Below are positions 31,501 to 41,512 of a DNA stretch of 64,000 nucleotides, piece after piece (within the stretch, counting starts at the first letter, position 1; every line of letters starts with the position of its first letter). The notes below the pieces were generated by a model, which saw only the letters and a list, made by a program, of their open reading frames with translations, had not been told where the DNA came from and searched no databases. The position numbers and the translations under genes are program-made. The DNA is from Alphaproteobacteria bacterium (lineage in GTDB: Bacteria; Pseudomonadota; Alphaproteobacteria; UBA9219): the NCBI GenBank assembly GCA_031291395.1, contig JARLJD010000115.1, forward strand, positions 846 to 64,845. The letters are read 5' to 3'.

Positions 31501-32091
31501 GAAACCGGATTCGCCTTGCGCGGCGATCAGCACCGTCAGCGCTTGCGCCAATTCTTGGTCTGGATGTTCTTCGGCCTCGCGCAACAAATCGTCCAGAACT
31601 TCGTTGCCGAGAAGTTTCAAATCCTGTTCGTCGATCAGGGCGAAATGCGGCGGCAATCCGGCCTCCAGCGGGAAACGCGACAGGATTTCCTGACAGAAGG
31701 AATGGATCGTGCGGATGCGCAATCCCCCCGGGCAGGAAAGGACGCGGGCGAATAGCCGCCGCGCTTCGGTTCTTTGTTGCGCCGTCGGCGGGCTTGCTTG
31801 CAATTTGTCGAGATCGTGATCCAGTTCCTTGTCGTCGCAGACCGCCCATTTGCTGAGCGTCGCGGTGACGCGGTTGGCCATTTCGGCGGCTCCGGCGCGG
31901 GTGTAGGTCAGGCACAGGATTTTCTCTGGCCGTACGCCCGATAAAAGCAGGCGCGTGACACGCGCGGTCAAAACCGTCGTTTTACCGGAACCCGCGGACG
32001 CGTTGACCCACACGGAGGATGCGGGATCGGACGCCGTGCGTTGATTGGCGTTTGGGTCGGCGAAGGAGGGTTGGGGAAGGGGGAGGGTCAT
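28555..32091 (-). CDS. addA: double-strand break repair helicase AddA
   Basis: 1178 aa; UvrD-type Walker A ASAGSGKTTVL; C-terminal PD-(D/E)xK nuclease; adjacent to addB. Contains an in-frame family-1 repeat at 29893-30021. Confidence 0.85.
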   Translation of the reverse strand: MTLPLPQPSFADPNANQRTASDPASSVWVNASAGSGKTTVLTARVTRLLLSGVRPEKILCLTYTRAGAAEMANRVTATLSKWAVCDDKELDHDLDKLQASPPTAQQRTEARRLFARVLSCPGGLRIRTIHSFCQEILSRFPLEAGLPPHFALIDEQDLKLLGNEVLDDLLREAEEHPDQELAQALTVLIAAQGESGFADMLQEVMHARARLAEAQEKTIAKMRGLLQLEQGETPERLRFAAIQNAPEDILRQLAAWLLKGSSRYQTRGAALADFLKTPMPERAARFDDYLSLFLTKEREPFSKSFVASNDIRKQHPDVDDICSREASRLQSVLERIEAAEIADITASVLIVGSAFAARIEARKAARAAVDYDDLILFTQNLLRRQGIAPWILYKLDRGIDHILVDEAQDTSRAQWNIVQALTQEFFAQENRGRTLFVVGDEKQSIFSFQNADPEAFLSLREDFSRRLTEAGGKLEKIGLHTSFRSAPAILTAVDTIFALDAARAGVSQELVTHNAAPNKDGSEKIGRVELWPLLEPDADKAQSGSEWEMPTGYEDERDPQAELAQQIAGKIKFWLTRHETLPGASRPIAPGDIMILLRRRGRFADLMVRALKACAVPVTGVDRMRLIRQLPVMDLLAMLRFVLLPEDDLNLAALLRSPLIGLSEEQLMELAIGRTGSLWQSIKDKAPKEKLPLPLREGVGGGGERPGSAFIILNACSCGTPPPPTPSLKGRGSLLQNDDPTFAATHAYLAAKLNEADFSPPFAFLSHILNAPCPANADSGRKALWMRLGDECLDPIEELLNAAQNFSSNHSPSLQNFLRWLTQSDAEIKRELDQGDQQEGGQVRIMTVHASKGLEAPIVFLPDTTAVPRATDLPKFQWKKDTPLFLTRAPKFGEAKRLWQEARDKQLEEYRRLFYVALTRASNRLYLCGWQNGKSEMESSWYGLAAAALRPLHQDFLPADASGPAPEIAFANSAAFLAQPPQTPPPIKPKTPLPAWALQSVEKPQTVVSFAPSHDVATATPDAAFARGRIIHRLLQSLPDIAPERRGDAVARFLAPPRYDLTQAQREEIAGEVSRLLNDEKFAALFAPDSLAEAPLTGRLDGTNVFRQVDRLCLCGDEVWIVDYKTNRPPPDRVEDIPAAYRQQLAEYRLLLRGIFPDKKVRCFLLWTYAPRLMEVTF
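29893..30021. repeat. Family-1 GC-rich palindromic repeat (copy 3), inside the addA reading frame
   Basis: CTCCCCCTCCCCTTGAGGGAGGGGGTAGGGGGTGGGGG...CCCCCACCCCCTACCCCCTCCCTCAAGGGGAGGGGGAG, translated in frame as ...LPLPLREGVGGGG...PPPTPSLKGRGS... Confidence 0.8.
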
Positions 32092-32158
32092 GCGGCAGCC
32101 CCAATGACAATGTCCTCTTCATTCGCGGGAAAGAAACAAACGCGCCGCAAACACGGCG

Positions 32159-32323
32159 GTATCCCCTCCCCCTTGAGGGGAGGGTTAGGGAGGGGGGATG
32201 GCCGCAAGAAACGGCGTTTGTAATTATCAATGAACCTTGCCGTAAGGCAGCTTATGACTCCCAACAGCATTCCCCAGTCGCTCCCCCCCCTCCCTAACCC
32301 TCCCCTCAAGGGGGAGGGGATAC
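32159..32323. repeat. Family-1 GC-rich palindromic repeat (copy 4)
   Basis: Between the addB stop and the addA start; TCCCCTCCCCCTTGAGGGGAGGGTTAGGGAGGGGGGA...mirror. Confidence 0.8.
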
Positions 32324-32377
32324 CGCTGCTTTCGCTACGATATTGTTTTCGACTCGCAAAAAATGATTGGTTCGTTT

Positions 32378-35326
32378 TCATCCCCCCTCCCCCGTCCTGC
32401 CCCATTCCGCGAGGCGCGAAAGGTGGGCGTAGTCGTTGTATTTCGGTTGCAGGCGCGGTTTGGGGGCGGCCTCGTAAGCTGTTTCGGGATCAGCAAAAGT
32501 TTCGATCAGCATTTTCAATCCGGCTTCGGCCTTTGCGATCAGTTCGGGCAATTCTTCGTCGAAAACCGTTATTTTGCAACCGCTGCTGCCGCCTTTCAAA
32601 GCCCAGTATTCGCCCGCGCAGGTTTCGGCGGGCGCGAGGCCTTCGAAGCCCCCTGCTGCGGCGATCAAAGCCAGCAATTGCAATTGCGGTTCGACGCCGG
32701 ATAGGACTTCGTTTTTCGACGGCACCGCGCCGGTTTTGTAATCGATGATGACAAGGCTGCCGCCGTCTTCCAAAGCGTCGATGCGATCTGCGCGGCCGGT
32801 CAACGTCAGGCCGTCGATCTCGATCGCGCCTTTGGCCTCGGGGGCGAGCATTTTGACGCCGCTCTCGCGCCGCTTGCGGTCTTGATCGACGAACCACGCC
32901 GCGATGTCGGCAAAACGCGCGCCCCAGAAAGCGCGGATGCGCGGATTGCTTTTGTCTTGCGCGAAAATCTCACGGCCTATGCTCAGCAATTGCGCTTCGG
33001 CGTCTTGTGGAAGCGCGTCGGGAAAGGCGCGGATGAATTGTTCCAGCGCCGCGTGAATCATCGTGCCGCGATCCGACGCGTCCCATTCGGCGTCCAGCTC
33101 GTCCAGCTTTTTCAGTTTCAGAATATGCTTGGCGTAAATGGCGTAGGGATTGCGCAGCCACGTCGTGATTTCCGTGACCGACAGCGCGGTCGGGCGCGTG
33201 GCGACAGGAGGCCGCGGTTGCGGGCGGGCGCAGGGTTTGATCTCCTCGCGCAAAGGGGCGTCCAGCGCTTGCGCCCATTCGCGCCACTGTTCCGTCGGCG
33301 CAAGAGCGTCGCGCGTGTCGTCGGACAATCCCGCGGCGCGCAGCACCGCTTCGATTTGCAGCAGAAAGCGCGACGGCACGGTCGGCGTGCCGTTCGCGCG
33401 TAGGGATCGCGTCAGCATCACTTCTTTTGCGGCGGCCAGTTGGACGAAATCATGCGCCGACAAGCCGATGCGAAATTCGGGCGCGGGCAGATTGAATTTT
33501 TTGCGCATCGGCCGCGACATCCACGGATCGAAACCGGCGTCTGGCGGCCACGAACCTTCGTTCAACCCGCCCAGAATCATCAGATCGGCGTCGCATAAAC
33601 GCGCTTCGAGCGGGCCGAGGATGCTGAGCCGAGGATGCGTCGCGCGTGTCGCGCGGAGGGTTTTCATCTCGGCCAAAGAGGCGAACAACGCGCTGTAATC
33701 GGCGCAGGAGATCGGCGGGAAATCGGCGGCTCCCTCGCGCCATTCGTCGAGCCACGCGGCGACGTCCTCGCCGCTTTCGCCTTGCCACAGCCGCGCCGCG
33801 CCAGCTTGTTTGTCGGAGGCCGCAACTTTTTCGGCCACCGCAATATGCGCGGCGATATGCGCGTTTAAGGGCCGCAAGCCATTTTCTTTGAGCGGCAGCA
33901 GAAGTTCTTTCAGCGCGGCGAAATCTTCCGGTTGTTCCTTGCGCGCGCGTATTTCAGCTTGGCGGGCTTGCGCGCGGCAAAGGGCTGGATTCTGGCCACA
34001 GGCGGCGAAGGGATGCTTGAGTAAAGCCAGAAAATCGCTGGCCGTGGCGTGAGGGGAGGCGGCGGCCAGAAGCAACTCAAGAAACGCCCCGATCGGCAGG
34101 CTTGTTAAATTCGCGCCGCCGGAATCGTCGGCGTCAATGCCCCAGCGCCGCAACTGCGCCGCCACGCGGGCAGCCAGTTTTCGATCCGCGGTGACGAAGG
34201 CCGCCGTTTGATCGGGCGACTCCAACAAAGCGCGGAGACGCAAAGCAATAACTTGCGCTTCCTCCTGCGGATGATCGAGGGTTAGGCGGGTTAGTCCGGC
34301 AACTGCGGTGTGATCCAATGTTCCGCGCAGATTGCGCCACGCCTCGGTGACGGAAGCGGGACGCATCGCTTCGCTGAGGAGTTTAACGCGAGAGGATAGT
34401 TCTTGAACGGCAAAGCCCCCCTCACCCTGACCCTCTCCCCCCAAGAGGGGGGAGAGGGAATCTCCTTTGGCTTGATGGGAATGACATGTTAAGGCAGAAA
34501 AATCCTCAACCTCTCCTCGCCCAACCCCCATCTTCTCCAACAATCTTTTCATGCTGTGTTGCGGATGCGTGTCGTCGATGGCATCCCACGCTTCGTTGTC
34601 GATCGCGCGGTCGAGACCCGGGAGGATGACGGCGCCCAAAGGCGAACCCGCGATCACATCCAGCAATTCCGCCGTGGCGGGAACCGAGCCGGTGGAACCG
34701 GCGGCGATGACCGGAAAATCGGGCGGGTTTTTGCGCCACACATCCGCCTGCGCCGCCAGAACCTGATTGCGGCGCAAAGCGGGATCCTGACAGCCGAGTT
34801 CGGCCAGAATCAGCGGCCAGTTTCGGGTGACGATTTCGAGAAACAGAAGCGTTTGTTGCCAATGCTCGGCCAGTTCCTGCTCTTCGACCAATTCGGGAAG
34901 TTTGGCGATGTCGCAGGATGCAATCTGGATTTGATCGAGAAAACGCGCCAAAGCCTCCGCCGCCAAGGTCGCCTGATCCCACGACAAATTGGGGTCGCGT
35001 TGCCGCACTTGTTGCGTCAGCAGCATCAATCTTTTCAACGGCGCAATCGCGGGCGGGATGCCAAAATCGCCTTCGTCGGCGAAAGCCATTTCTTCTTCAT
35101 CGACATCGCCCAAGGGGCGCATGCGCGGCAGCAACACGGGCTTTCCCCCCGCAATGCGGGCAAAGGAATTTCCCAAATACCGGCAAGCGCGGCGCGTCGG
35201 CAGCAAAATCACATGCCGCGACAAAAGAAATCCGTCGCCGTTCGTCCGTTCCCACAATTCCGCCGCCAGCGTATCGAGAAACGGCAGATCGGGGTTGATC
35301 GTGAAGATGTTTTTCACGTGCCCCAT
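32378..35326 (-). CDS. addB: double-strand break repair protein AddB
   Basis: 982 aa; conserved neighbour of addA; C-terminal nuclease-like region. Carries an in-frame half family-1 repeat at 34418-34462. Confidence 0.8.
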   Translation of the reverse strand: MGHVKNIFTINPDLPFLDTLAAELWERTNGDGFLLSRHVILLPTRRACRYLGNSFARIAGGKPVLLPRMRPLGDVDEEEMAFADEGDFGIPPAIAPLKRLMLLTQQVRQRDPNLSWDQATLAAEALARFLDQIQIASCDIAKLPELVEEQELAEHWQQTLLFLEIVTRNWPLILAELGCQDPALRRNQVLAAQADVWRKNPPDFPVIAAGSTGSVPATAELLDVIAGSPLGAVILPGLDRAIDNEAWDAIDDTHPQHSMKRLLEKMGVGRGEVEDFSALTCHSHQAKGDSLSPLLGGEGQGEGGFAVQELSSRVKLLSEAMRPASVTEAWRNLRGTLDHTAVAGLTRLTLDHPQEEAQVIALRLRALLESPDQTAAFVTADRKLAARVAAQLRRWGIDADDSGGANLTSLPIGAFLELLLAAASPHATASDFLALLKHPFAACGQNPALCRAQARQAEIRARKEQPEDFAALKELLLPLKENGLRPLNAHIAAHIAVAEKVAASDKQAGAARLWQGESGEDVAAWLDEWREGAADFPPISCADYSALFASLAEMKTLRATRATHPRLSILGPLEARLCDADLMILGGLNEGSWPPDAGFDPWMSRPMRKKFNLPAPEFRIGLSAHDFVQLAAAKEVMLTRSLRANGTPTVPSRFLLQIEAVLRAAGLSDDTRDALAPTEQWREWAQALDAPLREEIKPCARPQPRPPVATRPTALSVTEITTWLRNPYAIYAKHILKLKKLDELDAEWDASDRGTMIHAALEQFIRAFPDALPQDAEAQLLSIGREIFAQDKSNPRIRAFWGARFADIAAWFVDQDRKRRESGVKMLAPEAKGAIEIDGLTLTGRADRIDALEDGGSLVIIDYKTGAVPSKNEVLSGVEPQLQLLALIAAAGGFEGLAPAETCAGEYWALKGGSSGCKITVFDEELPELIAKAEAGLKMLIETFADPETAYEAAPKPRLQPKYNDYAHLSRLAEWGRTGEGG
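34418..34462. repeat. Family-1 repeat half-element (copy 5), in frame within addB
   Basis: CCCCCCTCACCCTGACCCTCTCCCCCCAAGAGGGGGGAGAGGGAATC, translated as SPLLGGEGQGEGG. Confidence 0.7.
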
Positions 35327-36045
35327 CCTCTACCAGATTCCAGCAATTCATTAGCGATGCGCCAATCGTCAGGCGTGCCGACGTGATAGCAGGTTCCGTC
35401 ATGTTCCACGCCGAAAAGCCGTTCTTGCGCTTCGACCTGATCCCAAATGACGTTGTTGGAAAAAACCTTGGTGGGCGGGAGAGCGATAAGTTCGGGTTTC
35501 AGGATTTGCGCTGAAATCCACACATAAGGCCGCGGCGGGGTAATATCTTTACGCCTCACGCGCCCGTCGGCGTCCATTGAAAAATCGCCTTTGGCTGCAT
35601 CGAAGCCGCGCGCTTTCTCCGTACGCATCAACAGCAACAATGCGTCCATAATTTCTGGATTCCATTTTTCCCGCATGCGCTCAAGGCTCGGCACAGTTTT
35701 GTCCAACCACGGCAAATCGGCGTTGAGCGAGAAAAACGGCAGGCCTTCAAAATAAGGCAAAGCTTTTGCAATACCGCCGCCGGTGTCGAGCAATTCCGTC
35801 TCTCGCGAGATCATAATTTCGATGTCGCGTCGCGCGCGCAGATGTTCCTCGATCTGCTCGGCAAGATAAAAGGTGTTGACGACGGCGCGTTTAATTCCCG
35901 CCGCGACCAGTTTATCCAGCGCATGATCCAGCATCGCGCGTCCGCCGATAGGCTGCAACGGCTTGGGCCGCGTCAACGTCAAAGGCCGCATCCGCATGCC
36001 AAGACCAGCGGCGAGGATCATGGCGGTGGGGGAAAGAGGGGGCAT
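35314..36045 (-). CDS. nucleotidyltransferase (MurU-like sugar-1-phosphate nucleotidyltransferase)
   Basis: N-terminal ILAAGLGMRMRPLT...KPL..I G+P motif; 243 aa. Confidence 0.75.
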   Translation of the reverse strand: MPPLSPTAMILAAGLGMRMRPLTLTRPKPLQPIGGRAMLDHALDKLVAAGIKRAVVNTFYLAEQIEEHLRARRDIEIMISRETELLDTGGGIAKALPYFEGLPFFSLNADLPWLDKTVPSLERMREKWNPEIMDALLLLMRTEKARGFDAAKGDFSMDADGRVRRKDITPPRPYVWISAQILKPELIALPPTKVFSNNVIWDQVEAQERLFGVEHDGTCYHVGTPDDWRIANELLESGRGWGT

Positions 36046-36112
36046 CGTAAGGCGGGATGAGGAAAAGAGTGACTCGATCGAAAGTTAAAAAACCGGTGAA
36101 GCCATAGCGGCA

Positions 36113-36278
36113 GAATCCCCTCCCCCCTCGCGGGGTGGGTTCGGGAGGGGGGAGGGCGACTGGGACAGGCGGGGGCGGGTGATTAAGAGGTTTGGGGTAA
36201 GGTTCGTTTACAATCCCAAACTTTGTCTCTTACCTCACTCCCCCCACCCTAACCCTCCCCGCGAGGGGGAGGGGATTC
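36113..36278. repeat. Family-1 GC-rich palindromic repeat (copy 6)
   Basis: GAATCCCCTCCCCCCTCGCGGGGTGGGTTCGGGAGGGGGGAGGG ... CCCCCCACCCTAACCCTCCCCGCGAGGGGGAGGGGATTCC. Confidence 0.8.
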
Positions 36279-36327
36279 CATCGCTTTGGCGGCACCGTTT
36301 GTGCCACTCATTTCCTTGTTCCGCCTT

Positions 36328-36984
36328 TTATCCCAACCCCCGCACCATGGCGTCGTGGTCGATATCGGGTTGTTCGTCTTGTTGGCTGCTGGGCGTCGCG
36401 ATGAAACCGTCTTGGGCGAGACTTTCCGCGGGTTCGGCGGCTTGCGGGCCGCGTTCGCGCAGGACGCGGCGCTCGGCGCGTTTGACGGCAGCTTCGAGAT
36501 CTGCTTGCTTGCACAGGCCGAGCAAAACCGGATTTTGCGGCTTGATGTTGGTCGCGTTCCAGTGCGAACGGTCGCGCACCTTGGCGATGGTTTCCTTGGT
36601 CGTGCCCAGAAGACGCGAGATTTGTGCGTCGAGCAGATCGGGATAGTTCTTGATGAGATAAGCGATCGCGTCGGGCTTCTCTCCGCGTTTGGAAACTGGC
36701 GTGTAGCGCGCGCCTTTGGTGCGGGCGATCGGTTGGGGCAAGTCGCTTTTGACCATTTTCAAACGGCCGCGCGGATCGGCTTCGCAGCGCTTGATCTCGG
36801 CTGGCGTCAACTGTCCGTTGAAAACGGGGTCGAGGCCGACAATGCCGACCGCGACTTCGCCGTCGGCAATGGCCTGCACTTCCAGTTTGTGCAAACCGCA
36901 GAATTCCGCGATCTGCTCGAACGTCAGCGTCGTGTTTTCAACCATCCATACGGCGGTCGCTTTGGGCATAAGGGGCAGGGCCAT
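36328..36984 (-). CDS. DUF1013-domain protein
   Basis: 218 aa with TFEQIAEFCGLH, in the style of the alphaproteobacterial DUF1013 family. Confidence 0.6.
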   Translation of the reverse strand: MALPLMPKATAVWMVENTTLTFEQIAEFCGLHKLEVQAIADGEVAVGIVGLDPVFNGQLTPAEIKRCEADPRGRLKMVKSDLPQPIARTKGARYTPVSKRGEKPDAIAYLIKNYPDLLDAQISRLLGTTKETIAKVRDRSHWNATNIKPQNPVLLGLCKQADLEAAVKRAERRVLRERGPQAAEPAESLAQDGFIATPSSQQDEQPDIDHDAMVRGLG

Positions 36985-37208
36985 TGGTGTTCTCCTAAAT
37001 AAAACCGGGCAAAAATTCGGGCTCTTGCCGGCCGCGGCTAGGCGACCGAACGATCCGCGAGCAAATTGTGGGGATCGGTTAAAGTCCCCTAGTCAGGAAA
37101 CTTCATCTGCTATTTTACCCATATGCGCGGGGGATTCCACTGTTTTTTTGCGCTTTCGGCGTTATTTTTTTGGGCGAGGGAGTTTGGGTTACGCCAAGCC
37201 GTCATTCC

Positions 37209-37769
37209 CTACCCCTTCCATTCCGGCCATTCCTCCCCACGCCGGATCGCTTCGCCGATGGGGGTGAAGACTTCCACAAGGCGGTCATAAGCCGGTTTTT
37301 TGAACGACACGATCAGGTCGGGGGCTTGCGCCAGCTCGATCCATTTCCATGCCACAAATTCCGGCATTTCCGGCTCGTTCTTGCCTGACAAGTCGATTTC
37401 GCTGTCTTGACCGAGGAAGCGCAGCGCGTACCATTCCTGTTCTTGTCCCCGATATTTGCCGCGAAAAACGATGCCGCCTGCGCCGTCGCTGGAGATGCGG
37501 CGTTTTTGCAGCCAGTCGGGGAATTCGTAACGCAGGATTTCGGGGACTTTGGCAATAATGCGGGCATTGTCGGTGCCGATTTCCTCTTTCATCTCGCGCA
37601 AAACCGCCGTCATCGGCGCTTCCTCTTTCTGCACACCCCCTTGAGGCATTTGCCACGCGCCGCGCTGGTCGCGGCGCTCTGCCACCAGAACCAGACCCTG
37701 CGCGTTAAACAGACAAAGCCCGACGCCTCGGCGGTAAGGCAGTTTTTGAAAATCGATACCTGTGGTCAT
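37209..37769 (-). CDS. rppH: RNA pyrophosphohydrolase (Nudix)
   Basis: Nudix box GGVQKEEAPMTAVLREMKEEIG; 186 aa. Confidence 0.8.
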   Translation of the reverse strand: MTTGIDFQKLPYRRGVGLCLFNAQGLVLVAERRDQRGAWQMPQGGVQKEEAPMTAVLREMKEEIGTDNARIIAKVPEILRYEFPDWLQKRRISSDGAGGIVFRGKYRGQEQEWYALRFLGQDSEIDLSGKNEPEMPEFVAWKWIELAQAPDLIVSFKKPAYDRLVEVFTPIGEAIRRGEEWPEWKG

Positions 37770-37790
37770 GTTTTCCTGTTCCTTTTTGTT

Positions 37791-38873
37791 TTACTGAACC
37801 GTGGCGCTAAGCGGCGCAAGCGCTATGCCGCGCTCCGGCAACCCTTTGATCCACGTTTGCAACTGGGCGACCATGACCGGAGTCGCTGCGGTGATGCCGA
37901 CAGCGTGGCCGGTTTGGCGCGCGGTCTTTTCCAGATCGCCAAGCGTCGCCGCAATAACGTCCGGGGACAGATCGGCATCCAGCCGTTCGGTCGTTGTCGC
38001 GACCGGAACGCCGTCGCTGCGCGCCATATCCGCCACCACGCTGTACGGCGCGTCGTGCGTATCCAGCACCATCAGGCCGCGATCATGCAACACTTGCATC
38101 ACCGGCGCGAACTTCTCCTGATTGGCGGTAAAGCTTGCCCCATGCGTCGACGTAATGCCGACATAACCGACGGCCTTGCTCAGGACTTTTAGCAACCGCG
38201 CTACGTTATCGCTGTTGGACAAATTGGTCAGAAGCGTACCGGGGCCCGGGTCGTTTTGCGGATAATCGAACGGCTCCATCGGCACTTGCAGCAGAATTTC
38301 ATGCCCATTTTGACGCGCGCGCGTTCCCAAGGCGGCAACCGCCGGCGCTTGCGCGTTAAAGGACAGGGTCACGGGCGGCGGCAACTGGGTTATGGCCTGA
38401 TCGGTGATCATTTTCGCCATGCCCAGCCCCGTGACGACAATCGCGATGCGCGGCCTTTTGTCGGCGGCATTGAACGGGCGGGCGTAAACCTGCCACGGGC
38501 GCAAGCCGCTGTCGCTGATGCGCGGCAAGCTGCCGTTGCCGGTGTCTTCGGTCACACGGCTGTCCGGCGCGGGCGTAAGTTTGACGCTCGGATCGTAAAA
38601 TGCGGCAGCATCGGCCTCGACGCCGCTCTTGACGCCCGCGGCTTCAGGATTTTCCTCTGTCTTTGATTGCGGCGCATAAGACGCCGCTTCGACGTTTTGC
38701 GCCGATCGGTGAAGCCGCATGTGAATCCACACCGGAGGCGCGATCAGCACAACCAGCAAAACCGCCGCGCCCGCCAGCTTGACCTTGCGCGGATAGCGCG
38801 CGAGGAAACTCTCGCGCCGCGGCGGCAGATCCAGATAATCGGGAGGGCTTTTGGACATGGGGTCGGGATTCAA
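37791..38873 (-). CDS. divergent polysaccharide deacetylase family protein (YibQ-like)
   Basis: 360 aa; N-terminal transmembrane helix; C-terminal fold in the pattern of the YibQ family. Confidence 0.55.
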   Translation of the reverse strand: MNPDPMSKSPPDYLDLPPRRESFLARYPRKVKLAGAAVLLVVLIAPPVWIHMRLHRSAQNVEAASYAPQSKTEENPEAAGVKSGVEADAAAFYDPSVKLTPAPDSRVTEDTGNGSLPRISDSGLRPWQVYARPFNAADKRPRIAIVVTGLGMAKMITDQAITQLPPPVTLSFNAQAPAVAALGTRARQNGHEILLQVPMEPFDYPQNDPGPGTLLTNLSNSDNVARLLKVLSKAVGYVGITSTHGASFTANQEKFAPVMQVLHDRGLMVLDTHDAPYSVVADMARSDGVPVATTTERLDADLSPDVIAATLGDLEKTARQTGHAVGITAATPVMVAQLQTWIKGLPERGIALAPLSATVQ

Positions 38874-38938
38874 GAAACCGGAGAATGCGACTTTAAAGCA
38901 TTTCTCGATCCGGCGGAATCTTTTTTGTGCCTTGTCCT

Positions 38939-39913
38939 TTATTTCTCCGCCGCCGCAAGATTAGGCGCGGCTTCCGGCGGGGGGGGAAGGGTCTGGCGCA
39001 GCAGAACGATGCTGATGCGACGGTTACGCGGATCTTTGGGGTCGGGCACGAAAGGATCGCGATCGGCCACGCCCGAGATGCGGACGATGCGGGTTGCGGC
39101 AACTCCGGCCTTAACAAGATATTCGCGGCTGACATCGGCGCGCTCGGCCGACAGTTCCCAGTTGTTGTGCCCCGACCAAAGCGAAAAAAGCGCGCTGTCG
39201 GTGTGTCCGGTGATCGCGATCTTGTTGGGCAGCATAGCGATCACTTTGCCCACCAGAATCAGCAACTCCCGCGCCCGCCCGTAAGGATCGGCGCTGGCGG
39301 AGGGAAACATCGAAAATTTGTCGCGGTCGGTGATCTGGATGCGCAAGCCTTCGGGCGTGCGGTCGATAACGATCTGATTGGCAAAATTCTGCAATTCCGG
39401 ATTGGACGCGATCGCCTGTTTCAGGATTTGCTCGGCCTGCTTGAACGATTCTTCCTCGCTCTTCATCGCTTCGGCCACTTCCTGCGCATTCATTGGTTGC
39501 GCGGCTTTGGCGGCGTTGCCCTGAGCGTCTGTTTTACCGGCCCCCGCTTCCTTGCTTAGGCCTTTGGTGTCTTCGTCGCCTTCTTCGCCCTGTCCCGCCG
39601 TCGGAATCGTGGTGTTTTGCGCCGAAGGGGGCGACCGGTCGGAAATTTCCCCGCCGCTTACGCTCGTGATCGACTCGCCGCCGAAGACGCCGCCCGCGCC
39701 GGAATCGGATTTGGAAATGCTGGCCGGAGCGAAATAATCGGCAAGCCCCTTGCGCTGCTCGGAGGTCGTGACGTTCAGCAGCCACAAGAGTAAAAAGAAC
39801 GACATCATCGCCGTAACGAAATCGGCATAGGCGACTTTCCACGCCCCGCCGTGATGGCCCGCGTGGCCGCCCTTCTTTTTCCTGCGGATGATGATGACGG
39901 GTTGATCTGCCAT
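38939..39913 (-). CDS. motB: flagellar motor stator protein MotB
   Basis: N-terminal transmembrane helix with YADFVTAMMSFFLLLW; C-terminal OmpA-like domain; the stop abuts motA. Confidence 0.85.
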   Translation of the reverse strand: MADQPVIIIRRKKKGGHAGHHGGAWKVAYADFVTAMMSFFLLLWLLNVTTSEQRKGLADYFAPASISKSDSGAGGVFGGESITSVSGGEISDRSPPSAQNTTIPTAGQGEEGDEDTKGLSKEAGAGKTDAQGNAAKAAQPMNAQEVAEAMKSEEESFKQAEQILKQAIASNPELQNFANQIVIDRTPEGLRIQITDRDKFSMFPSASADPYGRARELLILVGKVIAMLPNKIAITGHTDSALFSLWSGHNNWELSAERADVSREYLVKAGVAATRIVRISGVADRDPFVPDPKDPRNRRISIVLLRQTLPPPPEAAPNLAAAEK

Positions 39914-40785
39914 TACACCGTCGGCGGCGGCAAAGCCGACGTCGCCTCTTCAAGCTCGGAAAAACTGGGGCGAACTTCGCTGAGCAGCGTTTTGCGCGCG
40001 TATTCGACCGAAATGGACGGCGCGAAGCCCTGTAAATGCGCCAAAAGCCCCACCTTGATACATTGCAGATATTTGGACTGCGCCGCCAGAATCGCGCCGA
40101 TGGAATTGGCCATAGGCCCGATCATGCCGTAAGACGTCCACACGCCCATGAATGTTCCGACCAAAGCGCCGCCGATCAACTCGCCCAGAACCTCAGGCGG
40201 TTCGGAAATCGAGCCCATCGTGTGAATAACGCCCAGCACGGCGGCGACAATGCCGATGGCCGGCATGCCGTCCGCTATGTTGGTGAGAGCGGTGACAATG
40301 GCGGCATCCTCGCCGTGATGAACCTCCAGTTCTTCGTCCATCAAGGCCTCAAGCTCGTAAGGCTTGTCCGATCCCAGCGTGACGAGGCGCAGGTAATCGC
40401 ACAGAAAGCTGACCGCGTGATGATCGTGCAGAAAGTTCGGATAATTCGCGAACAGCGAGCTTTGCTCGGGATTTTCGATGTGCTGTTCCAGCGCCAGAAG
40501 GCCTTTGGTCTTGGCCAGCTTGAAAAGCTGATACAACATGCAAAGCAGTTCGATATAGGACGCTTTGTTATACTTCGCCTTTTTCAGCATCAGACCCATC
40601 GCCTTGCCGGTGCGGCGGATGACGACCGAGGGATTGCCAATGATAAAACCGCCCGCAGCCGTTCCGCCCATAATGACGAGCTCAAGCGGCGCCGCTCTGG
40701 CGAGAACTTCCAGATGGCCGCCTTCAACCGCATAGCCGCCCAAAGTGCAAGCGACGACGGTGATGATGCCGATAATCAGATTCAT
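39913..40785 (-). CDS. motA: flagellar motor stator protein MotA
   Basis: 290 aa, four transmembrane helices, MotA/TolQ/ExbB signature; immediately upstream of motB. Confidence 0.85.
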   Translation of the reverse strand: MNLIIGIITVVACTLGGYAVEGGHLEVLARAAPLELVIMGGTAAGGFIIGNPSVVIRRTGKAMGLMLKKAKYNKASYIELLCMLYQLFKLAKTKGLLALEQHIENPEQSSLFANYPNFLHDHHAVSFLCDYLRLVTLGSDKPYELEALMDEELEVHHGEDAAIVTALTNIADGMPAIGIVAAVLGVIHTMGSISEPPEVLGELIGGALVGTFMGVWTSYGMIGPMANSIGAILAAQSKYLQCIKVGLLAHLQGFAPSISVEYARKTLLSEVRPSFSELEEATSALPPPTV

Positions 40786-40900
40786 TAGTGATTCCGCACG
40801 AGGAAACGAGTGTTCCCGATAGTGGCGCGGGAAGGGTTAAAATGGGTTTAACGGGGGAGGGGAAAGCGGGGAATTGCAAGCTGTTTGTTAACGGTTAACT

Positions 40901-41512
40901 ATGCGCGGTGTGGGAATTATTGAAATAATTCTGTTTCAGTTTCATGGGTCTTATTTTATTATCCGCTCATGCCGAGAAAATAATCTAGGCTATATCATTG
41001 CAAACCAACGAGGAGAAAGACAATTGAGTAACATTATCAAGGACACATATAAAAAATTATCTATCCACATGACTCAAAGACGGCTCAAGGCACTCGATAA
41101 TACGATAGATCCAAAAAAGCAATTTAGGCTAGTTATTAAGCTTGGGTTACTCAAGGACGTCAAAGCCCTCGCTCAAAAAGGCACCCTTAAACGTTATATA
41201 CCTCAAACTAATAACCTTATAATTAATTACGAAAGTTGGAAAAAAAGGATGGGAGACTTATCAGTTGAGTACAAAGAAAATTTTTTTGCGAGTCCATTTC
41301 ATTCAATTTTACGCTATGAATTTTTAGTCAGTAATGGGGATAATGTCGTTTTTCAGCATTCTATAACAGACGGGGAAGAGGATGAGGATATGCTTATTCC
41401 AAAGCCCGTGCATGAAAGTAAGGAAACGATTGTTATGGGAAAATGGTTCAGTGCGATCAGAAACGAAGCCGCCGCTTTAAGGCGGGCTAATGCCTTAACA
41501 AAGCATCTGTAA
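40901..41512 (+). CDS. hypothetical protein (low-GC orphan)
   Basis: Low-GC islet 40800-41650. ORF of 203 aa, or ~148 aa from MTQRRLK. No recognised motif. Confidence 0.35.
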   Translation: MRGVGIIEIILFQFHGSYFIIRSCRENNLGYIIANQRGERQLSNIIKDTYKKLSIHMTQRRLKALDNTIDPKKQFRLVIKLGLLKDVKALAQKGTLKRYIPQTNNLIINYESWKKRMGDLSVEYKENFFASPFHSILRYEFLVSNGDNVVFQHSITDGEEDEDMLIPKPVHESKETIVMGKWFSAIRNEAAALRRANALTKHL